A program made the translations under genes and the position numbers. Source: Candidatus Latescibacterota bacterium (GTDB lineage Bacteria; Latescibacterota; UBA2968; UBA8231). Taken from it: a DNA stretch of 64,000 bases. This document shows, in pieces, positions 10,831 to 19,746 of the stretch. A model generated the notes under the pieces. It had not been told where the DNA came from and ran no database searches. It saw only the letters and a program-made list of their open reading frames with translations. Position 1 is the stretch's first letter. Every line of letters starts with the position of its first letter. The stretch spans positions 1,792,001 through 1,856,000 of the forward strand of contig CBDAOB010000004.1 in the NCBI GenBank assembly GCA_965197905.1, in the 5' to 3' direction.

Positions 10831-11265
10831 ATGGCACAATCGAAATTCGTTCTAGGAGGCGCCGTGATCGGCGCCGGATTGATCTACCTCATGGTGGCCG
10901 GATTCCAGCAATCATCCGCCTCGCACATGACGTTGGCCACCTTCGCCGAACGTGCTCACTCCCTCCAAGGCAAGCGCTTGCAGATAGGCGGGTGTTCGGT
11001 AGTGTCGGGATCCATCGAGTGGGACGAATATCGTCACCGTCCCCAGTTCAAGGTTGCCGACGATCAACACTCCTTGCAGGTACGCTACACCGGCAATGCG
11101 GTGCTACCCGACACCTTCAAGGACGAGGCTCTGGTGGTTATGGAGGGGTATTACGATCCGACCGCGCACCAGTTCGAAGCCAAGGTCGTGTTCGCCAAAT
11201 GCCCATCCAAGTACGAGGGCGAAGATTACGAAGACCACGTTGTCGCTCTGAACGCCGGAGGCTAA
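10831..11265 (+). CDS. ccmE: Cytochrome c maturation heme chaperone CcmE, CxxxY variant
   Basis: N-terminal TM anchor; V.Y.G..PDTFK; AKCPSKY in place of the canonical AKHDENY. Confidence 0.9.
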   Translation: MAQSKFVLGGAVIGAGLIYLMVAGFQQSSASHMTLATFAERAHSLQGKRLQIGGCSVVSGSIEWDEYRHRPQFKVADDQHSLQVRYTGNAVLPDTFKDEALVVMEGYYDPTAHQFEAKVVFAKCPSKYEGEDYEDHVVALNAGG

Positions 11266-11271
11266 TCGGCG

Positions 11272-13263
11272 TTGGGCGCCGTTGACCTGGGGTACTTCGC
11301 TCTCTGCCTGGCGCTGGTGAGTGCCGGATATTCCGTCGCCGCCTGCGTCGTTGGTGCCCGGCGTCAGAACTACCCGCTGATCCTCAGCGGTGAGCACGCG
11401 GCCCTCGCCCACTGTGGGTTGCTTACTGTATCCGTGTTGGCATTGTGGGGAGCTTTGTTCGCCCACGACTTCCAAGTACAATACGTAGCCGAAACCAGCA
11501 ATCGCGCGATGCCGCCTTTCTACATCATGGCCGCGTTATGGGGTGGGCAAAACGGATCGCTGTTGTTCTGGGGGTGGCTGCTGTCGGTTTACACAGCTTT
11601 AGTGGTGTTGTTCCATCGCCGCAGACAGCGAGAGCTGATGCCCTACGTCGTTGCCACTTTGGTGGCAACCGGTTTCTTCTTCGTGCTGTTGAATCTCTTT
11701 GCCGCCGATCCGTTTAAACGACTGCCGTTTGCCCCCGAGGACGGCCGCGGTTTGAATCCTTTGTTGCAGCATCCGATGATGGCCATCCACCCTCCCATGC
11801 TCTACCTGGGCATGGTAGGTATGACTGTTCCGTATGCGTTCGGCATGGCAGCCCTGGCGACCCGGCGCTTGGACAACAGCTGGCTGCGGCCCGCTCGTCG
11901 CTGGATGCTTATTCCGTGGACCTTCTTGGGTGCCGGTCTGTTGCTGGGAGGAAATTGGGCTTACGTGGAGTTGGGATGGGGTGGTTACTGGGGTTGGGAT
12001 CCGGTGGAGAACTCCTCTCTCATGCCGTGGCTGGTCGGCACTGCGTTTCTGCACTCCATTATGGTTCAAGAGCGCAAGGGTATGTTGAAGATCTGGAACA
12101 TGGTGTTGGTCATTACGGCGTATTCCCTGTGCATATTCGGCACCTTCTTGACGCGCAGCGGCATGATTTCCTCGGTTCATGCGTTTGCCCGATCGAACAT
12201 CGGTCCGTTCTTCGCGACCTTTCTCGTGCTCATCCTGGTGTTTTCGCTGGCTCTGTTGTGGAGCCGTCGGAACGAGCTTCAGGCGACCAACCGGCTCGAG
12301 TCCTTCTCGTCCCGCGAAACGGCGTTCCTGCTCAACAACTGGGTGCTCCTGGGAATCTGCTTCGCCGTCTTCTGGGGCACCATGTTTCCGCTGATCTCCG
12401 AGGCGTTTTCGGGCCAGCAAGTTACCGTCGGCGCGGTCTTCTTCAATCAGGTGATCGTGCCCATTGGCCTGGTGTTGTTGTTACTTACCGGAATCGGACC
12501 GTTGTTTGCGTGGCGGCGCACCTCCAACACCAGTCTTCGCAAGAACTTTGCAACCCCGGTGGTCACCACCGCAGTGGTGGCGATGATTGCGTTTCTGGCG
12601 GGCGCCCGCGGGTTCTACGCCCTGACCTCCATCGCTCTTTGCGGTTTTGTGCTGGCGACGGTGGGGGTTGAATTCCACCGCGGCACCCTGGCTCGGCAAA
12701 GCGGCTCTGCAGAGCCTTACCTTCTTGCTCTCTTCCGGCTCGCCAGCAAGGGCAGGCGCCGCTACGGTGGCTATCTTGTTCACGTGTCGGTCGTCATGCT
12801 GTTTGTGGGGTTTACCGGAAGCGCGTTCACCACGGAGAGAGAGTTGGTGCTGGAGCCCGGTGAATCGGCCCAGATTCGGGGATATACCCTTACCTACGAT
12901 GCTCTTGCCCACAGCGAGGACGGCAACAAATCAGTTCACGCCGCCGCTTTGAGCCTCGAGAAGGGCGGCGCCTTTCTTACTACCTTGCTGCCGGCTCGGC
13001 ACTTCTACAAGAGCATGGAACAGTGGACCACCGAGGTCTCGGTGCACGGAAGTTTGAGGGAAGACTTCTACCTGATAATGGTTGGGTGGTCGGACGACAA
13101 CAGTGCCAAGTTTCAGGTCTATATCAACCCCCTCGTCAACTGGGTGTGGGCGGGGGGAATCGCCTTCGTGCTGGGTTCGCTGTGGAGCATGTGGCCCACC
13201 GGACGCGATCGGCGCATGGCTGCTTTCGATCGCGAGACCTCGGGCGTGGTCTCCGCCGCCTGA
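11272..13263 (+). CDS. ccmF: Cytochrome c biogenesis heme lyase CcmF
   Basis: ALWGGQNGSLLFW, GLNPLLQHP..IHPP, WAYVELGWGGYWGWDPVENSS, TRSG..SVHAF. Confidence 0.96.
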   Translation: MGAVDLGYFALCLALVSAGYSVAACVVGARRQNYPLILSGEHAALAHCGLLTVSVLALWGALFAHDFQVQYVAETSNRAMPPFYIMAALWGGQNGSLLFWGWLLSVYTALVVLFHRRRQRELMPYVVATLVATGFFFVLLNLFAADPFKRLPFAPEDGRGLNPLLQHPMMAIHPPMLYLGMVGMTVPYAFGMAALATRRLDNSWLRPARRWMLIPWTFLGAGLLLGGNWAYVELGWGGYWGWDPVENSSLMPWLVGTAFLHSIMVQERKGMLKIWNMVLVITAYSLCIFGTFLTRSGMISSVHAFARSNIGPFFATFLVLILVFSLALLWSRRNELQATNRLESFSSRETAFLLNNWVLLGICFAVFWGTMFPLISEAFSGQQVTVGAVFFNQVIVPIGLVLLLLTGIGPLFAWRRTSNTSLRKNFATPVVTTAVVAMIAFLAGARGFYALTSIALCGFVLATVGVEFHRGTLARQSGSAEPYLLALFRLASKGRRRYGGYLVHVSVVMLFVGFTGSAFTTERELVLEPGESAQIRGYTLTYDALAHSEDGNKSVHAAALSLEKGGAFLTTLLPARHFYKSMEQWTTEVSVHGSLREDFYLIMVGWSDDNSAKFQVYINPLVNWVWAGGIAFVLGSLWSMWPTGRDRRMAAFDRETSGVVSAA

Positions 13264-13265
13264 TT

Positions 13266-13748
13266 GTGGGGGAGTTGTCACCTAGAATCGCGATTTCAAT
13301 GCTGTTGCTCGCGTTCGCCTGCCCGTGGGCGCAGGGGGCAACTTCCGAAGAAACCAAGAGTATCGCCCGCGACTTGGTTTGCCTGTGCGGAGATTGCAAT
13401 CGCGAATCACTCGCTACCTGCCAGTGTGGTTTCGCGGCCGACCGGCGAGCCGAGATCGGCGATGCGCTCGACCGCGGTCGCAGCGCCACGGATGTCGTGG
13501 CGCAGTTCGTCGAAACCCACGGCCAGATCGTCCTCGCCACCCCTCCACCAAAGGGGTACAACCTGCTCGCCTGGATCACCCCTTTTGCCATCATGGTGCT
13601 GGCGGCGGCACTGCTGCGTTCCGTTCTCGTCAATTGGAAGCGGGGCAAGCTGGCCCGTCCCGTTCCCCCACCGCCTGACCAATCGACCAGCGATCGCGAC
13701 GACACTATCCAGCAGCGTTTGCGAGAAGAGTTGCGGGATTTCGATTGA
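13266..13748 (+). CDS. ccmH: CcmH/CcmL-like cytochrome c biogenesis protein with atypical Cys pattern
   Basis: Signal peptide; LVCLCGDC..SLATCQC; FVETHGQIVLATPP..G.NLLAW.P followed by a TM; position after ccmF. Start uncertain (13266 GTG or 13299 ATG). Confidence 0.75.
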   Translation: MGELSPRIAISMLLLAFACPWAQGATSEETKSIARDLVCLCGDCNRESLATCQCGFAADRRAEIGDALDRGRSATDVVAQFVETHGQIVLATPPPKGYNLLAWITPFAIMVLAAALLRSVLVNWKRGKLARPVPPPPDQSTSDRDDTIQQRLREELRDFD

Positions 13749-14200
13749 TGTCGACGATGGATCTCATCACTACCGCCGGCGCCACCGTTCTTCTGTTGGC
13801 GGTGGTGTTTTATATTGCACTGCCGCTGGTGGCTTCCCGGGGCCGTCTTCTTCGCCAAGCCAGTGGCGCTCGAGTGCGGCAACTGACGGAACAGAAGGAG
13901 CAACTCTACGCCACCATCAAGGAGCTCGAGTTCGACCGCCAGTTGGGCAAGCTGTTGGAAACAGATTACCTGCGACTGCGCGAAGACGTGGAGCAGCAAG
14001 CAATTGAGGTCCTGCACGTCCTGGATCAGCTCAACGGGGGGCCCTCCCACCTTGAGTTGCTGGAGAACCTTGAAAAGGAGATTCTCCAACGCCGCGTGGG
14101 GTCTGCACCGCCGGTCTGTCCGACTTGTGCGATCCCCGTGCATCCCAACGACCTTTTCTGTTCACGGTGTGGCGCCCGTTTGGTGGCTCAGCCGAAGTGA
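13745..14200 (+). CDS. Membrane-anchored CcmI-N-like protein with C-terminal zinc ribbon
   Basis: N-terminal TM; LYATIKELEFD...GKL..DY coiled segment; CPTC-x10-CSRCG zinc ribbon. Confidence 0.75.
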   Translation: MMSTMDLITTAGATVLLLAVVFYIALPLVASRGRLLRQASGARVRQLTEQKEQLYATIKELEFDRQLGKLLETDYLRLREDVEQQAIEVLHVLDQLNGGPSHLELLENLEKEILQRRVGSAPPVCPTCAIPVHPNDLFCSRCGARLVAQPK

Positions 14201-15291
14201 CCCGCCTCCGACCTGCCGTGCTCGCAGCGTTTGCCCTGGCGATTGCTGCGCTCTCCACGGCGCGGGCAGACCGGGTCAACGGTTACGTGATCGACGGCAA
14301 CACCGGAACTCGTCTGCCGGGGGTAGAGGTGGCGTTTCTGGTTACCCAGGAAGGACAGACCAGCGAAATACTGCGCAAACCCAGCGATGGCGACGGTCGA
14401 TTCTCGTTTTCCGGACCGTTTATCACGCCCGGTCTTGAGTTCGCGCTCCTGGCCATCTACGGAGACGCCTCCTACCCGACGACCAAACTCTTTGCCGGCA
14501 ACCAAAAGCAGATCATCCTGGAGGTCTTCGATTCGACGGACAAGCCCGCCGAGATCCGCATAGCCAACTACCACCTTTTTCTGCATCTGCAAGAGTCGAA
14601 TCTGGAAGTCGGCAATCTCGTCGAAATGGAGAATCGCGGCGACAAGACCTTCAGTGGCTCCGGCCTGGGGATCGACCGGCGGGTGACGGAATTCGAGCTC
14701 CCGGCAGGGTTGTTCAACCTCACGGGCAACCTCCGCCAGGTTGGAAGCAACCTGTTCGTCGACCACCAGCCACTGCCTCCGGGACGAACCCAACTTTCGT
14801 TCACGTATCTGGTCAACACGCAGGAGCTAGTTGACGGCTTCCCGTTCGCGTCGCGTTACGTAACGGAAGCGCTAAACATATACCTCCAGCCCAGTTCCCT
14901 GTCTCTGGGAGAGCCGTTCCAGGACCTGGGCGAAGTCGAGTTTCACGACACCCGATACCGCCGGCTTCACCTGCACGGGGTACAACCCGGCCAGTCCGTC
15001 CTGATTCCACTGCCTTTGTCCAAACCGCTGCGTTGGTTGATCAAATGGGCGACGCTGGCGGTAGCGGTGCTGGGCGCGGCGTTGGCTGCAATCTTTGCCC
15101 GGTCACCCTCATCGGTGGAAGCCGAGCCGGCCGCACTAACCGCCCGGCTGGAGGGGTTGCTCGATCAGCTCGCCCGGCTGGACGACGAGAACGCGTCGGT
15201 ACCTGACGATCCGAAATACCGACAGGAAAGAGCGGCTCGCATGGGAGAAGCGGTGGATCTGCGCCGCCGGCTCGACCGACCGACGGGATGA
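14197..15291 (+). CDS. Exported, membrane-anchored hypothetical protein in the ccm cluster (carboxypeptidase-regulatory-like N-domain)
   Basis: GTG overlaps the previous stop; signal peptide; NG.VIDG.TG...GVEV...SD.DGRF.F pattern; C-terminal TM and LLDQLARLDD...Y.QER tail. Confidence 0.75.
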   Translation: MTRLRPAVLAAFALAIAALSTARADRVNGYVIDGNTGTRLPGVEVAFLVTQEGQTSEILRKPSDGDGRFSFSGPFITPGLEFALLAIYGDASYPTTKLFAGNQKQIILEVFDSTDKPAEIRIANYHLFLHLQESNLEVGNLVEMENRGDKTFSGSGLGIDRRVTEFELPAGLFNLTGNLRQVGSNLFVDHQPLPPGRTQLSFTYLVNTQELVDGFPFASRYVTEALNIYLQPSSLSLGEPFQDLGEVEFHDTRYRRLHLHGVQPGQSVLIPLPLSKPLRWLIKWATLAVAVLGAALAAIFARSPSSVEAEPAALTARLEGLLDQLARLDDENASVPDDPKYRQERAARMGEAVDLRRRLDRPTG

Positions 15292-16001
15292 GCGCGGCCG
15301 CGGTAGAGCTCGAGGGCGTCGAAAAACGGTTCGGCGCGTTTTGTTCCCTGCACGCGCTCGACCTGAGCCTGCAGCCGAGCAGCTTCCTGCTGGTGGCCGG
15401 TCCCAACGGCGCCGGAAAAACGACCCTCTTGCGCCTCATGGCCGGTCTCGCGCGGGCGACCGCCGGACGTGTCCTCGTTCACGGGGAGGATCCGACGCGA
15501 TCCGGGCTTGCCCGCGCCTCGGTGGGTTGGCTATCGCATCAGTCGCTGCTCTACGATCACCTGACGGCCGCGGAGAACCTCTCCTTTTTCGCGCGTTTGT
15601 ACCAGCTGGACGATCGCTCCGACCGGGTGCGGGATGCGCTGGCGGCATCTGGACTGGAATCCAGAGAGGACAGTCGGGTTAGGACCTTCTCCAGAGGCAT
15701 GAAACAGCGTCTGGCTTTGGCCCGGGCGACGCTCCACAATCCCTCCATCCTGCTGTTCGACGAACCATATACGGGGCTCGATCAGCACGCCGCCGCGGCG
15801 CTGACGGCAAACCTTCAAACACAGCGGCAGTTAGAGCGCACTTGCGTTCTGGTGACTCACAGACCGGAGGTGGCGGTGGACTTGGTGAACCAGATCCTCA
15901 TTCTGCGCGAGGGACGTGTCAGCCACCTGGGCACCTGGTCTGGCGGTACCCAGCGTGAGCTGGGTGAGCTGTACCGCCAACAAACGCGGCAAACAACGTG
16001 A
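15288..16001 (+). CDS. ccmA: Heme ABC exporter ATP-binding subunit CcmA
   Basis: GPNGAGKTT, FSRGMKQR, LLFDEP; adjacent to ccmB. Confidence 0.9.
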   Translation: MSAAAVELEGVEKRFGAFCSLHALDLSLQPSSFLLVAGPNGAGKTTLLRLMAGLARATAGRVLVHGEDPTRSGLARASVGWLSHQSLLYDHLTAAENLSFFARLYQLDDRSDRVRDALAASGLESREDSRVRTFSRGMKQRLALARATLHNPSILLFDEPYTGLDQHAAAALTANLQTQRQLERTCVLVTHRPEVAVDLVNQILILREGRVSHLGTWSGGTQRELGELYRQQTRQTT

Positions 16002-16675
16002 ACTTCCACAATCAGGCGCTGGTGATCCTGCATAAGGATTTGCTCTCGGAGTGGCGAACCAAGGAACGTCTCAGCCCGATGGCGTTTTTTGTGTTGTTGG
16101 TTCTGCTGGTATTTAACTTTTCGTTCGAGCTGGGCGGTGCCGCCATGCACGAAATCGGCCCGGGAGTACTGTGGTCCTCTTTTGTTTTTGCCAGCCTCCT
16201 GGGCTTGCACCGAACCTTTGCCGAGGAATACGAGAGCGGATGTATCGATGGGTTGCTGGCGGCGCCAGGTGAACGTAGCGGCTTGTACCTGGGGAAAATG
16301 TTGGGCAATCTGGTCTTCCTGCTGGTGGTGGAACTCATGAGCCTGCCGTTCTTTGCTCTGTTCTTCAATCTCACTCCGGGGCTGTTTCTCATGCCCCTGC
16401 TGGTGGTGTTCGTCCTGGGGGCGGCGAGCTTGGCCGGCGTAGGCACCCTGTTCGCCGCCCTGTCGTGCAACATGCGCTTGCGCGAACTGCTGTTGCCACT
16501 GCTGTTGATACCCATGGTCCTCCCAGCCCTGATCGCTTGCATCGAAGCGACCCGACTGGTATTGCAGCAGCGTCCGTTTTTGGATCTTGTCCCGCACCTG
16601 CAGATCCTCGTTGTGTACGTGGTTGTTTTTGTTACACTGTCCCTGATTTTGTTCGAATTCATTATAGAGGAATAA
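15998..16675 (+). CDS. ccmB: Heme exporter permease CcmB
   Basis: KDL..EWR, F.EE...G.IDGLL and RELLLPLLLIP.VLP motifs; about six TMs. Confidence 0.92.
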   Translation: MNFHNQALVILHKDLLSEWRTKERLSPMAFFVLLVLLVFNFSFELGGAAMHEIGPGVLWSSFVFASLLGLHRTFAEEYESGCIDGLLAAPGERSGLYLGKMLGNLVFLLVVELMSLPFFALFFNLTPGLFLMPLLVVFVLGAASLAGVGTLFAALSCNMRLRELLLPLLLIPMVLPALIACIEATRLVLQQRPFLDLVPHLQILVVYVVVFVTLSLILFEFIIEE

Positions 16676-17420
16676 TGGATCTGCGATTCACAGCGGTTAC
16701 CTACGCAATAGCCTTGGTTGCGCGACCGTTGGTGGGCTTGGTATTCGCTTGTCTCAAACCACGTCGCTTCGACGCGGCCCTGTTGTTGATCATGATGGTG
16801 GGCGCACTCTATGCCGTGTTTGTCTACGCCCCCACCGAACGCGAGATGGGCATCGTCCAACGCATCTACTACTTCCACGTTCCCTCTGCGATTTCGGCCG
16901 CCCTTGCCTTCTTCATCGTCTTCCTCAGCAGCATTCATTACTTGTGGAAGCGCGAAGAGCGGTTCGACGCCTTGGCCCACAGCGCGGCAGAGGTCGGGGT
17001 TCTGTTCTCCACTATCGTTCTGGTCACAGACCGATATGGGCCAAGCCGATTTGGGGCGTCTTCTGGCGTTGGGAGCCGCGCTTGACGACGATGTTGATTC
17101 TGTTCACCATGTATGTCGCCTATCTAATGGTAAGGGCCTACGGCGCGCAGACAGAGCAAACGCACCGTTTTGCAGCTGTGTTGGGCATTTTGAGTTTCGT
17201 AAACGTGCCACTGGTTCAGTACTCCGTTCGCCTCTGGTCCCCCGAACAGCAACTCCATCCGATCGAGGTGGTGTTGGACCCCCGCATGGCGCACGTCCGC
17301 ACGGTTAGTTACTTGGCCGTATTTCTGCTCCTGCGATTCTTGCTGCAGCGCAGGTTTGCATTGGAACAGATGCAACGGACCCTCTCCAGATTGCGCCAAC
17401 AACATGAACATTTAAGCTGA
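16675..17420 (+). CDS. ccmC: Heme exporter/WWD protein CcmC, frameshifted at about 17029
   Basis: QRIYYFHVP in frame 1; PIWAKPIWGVFWRWEPRLT in frame 2; ACA GA CCG needs one G to give the conserved TGPIWAKP. Confidence 0.9.
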
Positions 17421-17437
17421 CTCAAGGAGTATCGGCG

Positions 17438-17587
17438 ATGGAAGCACTTCCGACCCATTTCCCCTACCTGTTCGCCGCGTATACGGCGATCTGGTTGGTG
17501 TTATTTGGCTACTTGCTTCGTCTTTTGCGCAAGGAGAAGGACCTTCGTGCTCAGCTTGACGCCTTAGTCGCGGAACTAGAAAAATAG
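17438..17587 (+). CDS. ccmD: CcmD-like small membrane protein, 49 aa (not in the ORF track)
   Basis: AAGGAG RBS; MEALPTHFPYLFAAYTAIWLVLFGYLLRLLRKEKDLRAQLDALVAELEK; directly after ccmC. Confidence 0.85.
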   Translation: MEALPTHFPYLFAAYTAIWLVLFGYLLRLLRKEKDLRAQLDALVAELEK

Positions 17588-17623
17588 AACGCGCAAAGAC
17601 CGGGTGCGCTCGCCAATAGTTAG

Positions 17624-17653
17624 TTGACACCGGCTTCTGAGCTATGTTATATT
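17624..17653 (+). promoter_or_regulatory. sigma70-type promoter for the tandem nuclease genes
   Basis: TTGACA-N18-TATATT with extended -10 TG, in an AT-rich intergenic region. Confidence 0.6.
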
Positions 17654-17708
17654 TCCTTATTATTAACCACTTACGAAGTTTTAGCGGTATTGATTTTGAG
17701 GTGATTCC

Positions 17709-18320
17709 GTGGAAGTCATGGAAGAAATGGAAGTCAGCGGAGTCTATTCCAATACCCAGATACCCGCTCACCACCACGTCCTCCTCAAACAGAAAAAAGG
17801 CCCTTCCTTTCTGCGCATTGTGATCGGCGCTTTCGAGGCTGCCGCTATCTCGATGGCCCAGAATCGCAAGAACCCGAGCCGTCCGATCAGCTACGATTTG
17901 GCGCAGACCATTCTGAAAACCGTCGATGCCGAGATCGTCAAGGTGCAGATAACGACCTTGCACAAGCGCACCTACTTTGCCGAGGTGTATCTCCAGGACG
18001 AAGCGGGGGCTACCACCGTGCTCGATTCGCGACCTAGCGACGCCATCGCCCTGGCGTTGCGCCAGAGTGCACCCATCTTTGCCGAATCGGAGATCCTCGA
18101 GGAACCCGAGGAATTGGCCGCCAGGATCGGAGAGAACCCGGACGAAGAGACGACCGACTTGGAGGCGGAGGTGAGGATTGAGCCAATCTTGCCCCAACCC
18201 ACCAACGAGCTCGATCAGCTCAAGGAGCAGATGCGTCGGCTCATTGCTGAAGAGGCGTACGAGGAGGCGGCGCAGCTCCGAGATGAGATCAAGCGCATGG
18301 AAGAGGAATCCCCCAGTTGA
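17709..18320 (+). CDS. Bifunctional nuclease (DUF151) with C-terminal UVR domain, paralog 1
   Basis: I.IG.FEA.AI, RP.SYDL, DSRPSDAIALA; UVR motif EEAYEEAAQLRDEI. Confidence 0.9.
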   Translation: MEVMEEMEVSGVYSNTQIPAHHHVLLKQKKGPSFLRIVIGAFEAAAISMAQNRKNPSRPISYDLAQTILKTVDAEIVKVQITTLHKRTYFAEVYLQDEAGATTVLDSRPSDAIALALRQSAPIFAESEILEEPEELAARIGENPDEETTDLEAEVRIEPILPQPTNELDQLKEQMRRLIAEEAYEEAAQLRDEIKRMEEESPS

Positions 18321-18354
18321 CCCCTTACCCGTCAACGGCAACGGACACTAGAGC

Positions 18355-19071
18355 ATGAGTGCTGCAGACCTGGTTGAGATGGAGGTAGTAAAGGTCAGTC
18401 CATATTTGCGCGAAGACCGACCGCTTTTGTGGCTCAGCGAACGCAAATCCGAGCATCCGCGCCTACTGCCGATCGCCATCGGCGAATTCGAAGCGGCCGC
18501 CATTCAAATGCAGCTGGATCAGGTGGAGCCAGAGCGACCTATCTCCTACGACCTTATCACGTCTATCGTTGACAACCTGGATGTAACCGTGCAACAGATC
18601 GTTATCCATTCGGTTCGCGATCAGATCTACTATGCGCAGGTAGCCATCGAGCGCGGTGAACTGCTGGAGAACATCGACTCGCGTCCCAGCGACGCGGTTG
18701 CGCTGGCGCTGCGCACGGGGAGCCCGATCTTCGTTTCGTTGGATTTACTCGAAACTGCGGGGTGGAAAGCCTCCGATGCGGATGTAGAGGTGGCGATCTC
18801 GCAGTTTGCCGCCCACGACGAGCAGCTTCTGGCGCCAACACAAGCGGTAGAAACCCAGGCTACCTACACCCTGGTCTCGCGAAAATCGGCCACTGAAGAT
18901 CAAAGCGCTGCAGTCAGGGAAGAAGCGACCGAGGCCGCTGGCAACGAGGAAGAGGACGCATTAGGTGAGCTCCACGCGCGTTTGGAGCAAGCCATCGTCC
19001 GGGAAGAGTACGAAGAGGCGGCGCGCATTCGAGACGAAATCGAAACTCTACAAAGCAACGCCAATAGCTAG
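18355..19071 (+). CDS. Bifunctional nuclease (DUF151) with C-terminal UVR domain, paralog 2
   Basis: LPIAIGEFEAAAI, RPISYDL, DSRPSDAVALA; REEYEEAARIRDEI. Confidence 0.9.
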   Translation: MSAADLVEMEVVKVSPYLREDRPLLWLSERKSEHPRLLPIAIGEFEAAAIQMQLDQVEPERPISYDLITSIVDNLDVTVQQIVIHSVRDQIYYAQVAIERGELLENIDSRPSDAVALALRTGSPIFVSLDLLETAGWKASDADVEVAISQFAAHDEQLLAPTQAVETQATYTLVSRKSATEDQSAAVREEATEAAGNEEEDALGELHARLEQAIVREEYEEAARIRDEIETLQSNANS

Positions 19072-19105
19072 ATTATTAATAGCAATACAGCTTCATACGA
19101 GGAGT

Positions 19106-19136
19106 GGTGGTGGCCCGAGCCCCACCCTTTTTTTTG
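19106..19136 (+). terminator. Probable rho-independent terminator
   Basis: GGTGG...CCACC imperfect stem followed by a long T run. Confidence 0.45.
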
Positions 19137-19216
19137 TGTTGACAGCGTCGAACGTCGTTCCACGAGCCCGTTAAGGGCGAGCACGCCGGAACGGCGGTTA
19201 CAAAAGCGACTAGCGT

Positions 19217-19746
19217 CTAGTAGGAAACGGTTCGAATCTGTAGGTTCGAAGACCGGGCAAGATCGCGGAATCGGTCCGGATAACGGGGGCTTGGCGTGGG
19301 GTAGCTGTTGAGGGCCAGGTCGAAGTGCCGATCTCGAACAGCCTCCTTTTCGGCGATATCTGGTGGTTGATCGGGCCACAGCACAACCACGAGCGCCGTC
19401 GCGATGGCGAGACCTAGGGCTAGGGGACGAGCCCAGAACTGTGTTCGCTTCTGCGACGCAAACTGCAGGCAGTTGGCAAGCTGCAGCTTATAGGCGGCCC
19501 GCGGACTACACTCATTCAAGTCTCCAAGTGCGTTGCGAATCACTGTCAGTTCGGACAATACGCAGGCGCAGGACCGACACTCGTGGGTATGCCGGTCCAT
19601 GCGTTGCGAATCACTGTCAGTTCGGACAATACGCAGGCGCAGGACCGACACTCGTGGGTATGCCGGTCCATTTGCCGCGTCTGCAAATTGGTCAAACTGT
19701 GATCAACGTACTCAGAAACTGCTGCGCGAAACTCTTGACACCTCAA
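19217..19746 (-). pseudogene. zf-HC2 (ZAS-type) anti-sigma factor-like membrane protein disrupted by a 71-bp tandem duplication
   Basis: MRCQEF...SEYVDHSL...MDRHTHECRSC (HxxxCxxC) followed by a TM helix; removing one repeat copy restores a single ORF; AAGGAGG RBS upstream. Confidence 0.8.
19529..19670. repeat. Exact 71-bp tandem duplication
   Basis: TGCGTTGCGAATCACTGTCAGTTCGGACAATACGCAGGCGCAGGACCGACACTCGTGGGTATGCCGGTCCA at 19529-19599 and 19600-19670. Confidence 0.97.

Noticed and set aside
19529..19670. CRISPR array
   Set aside because: Only two abutting 71-bp copies, no spacers and no cas genes.
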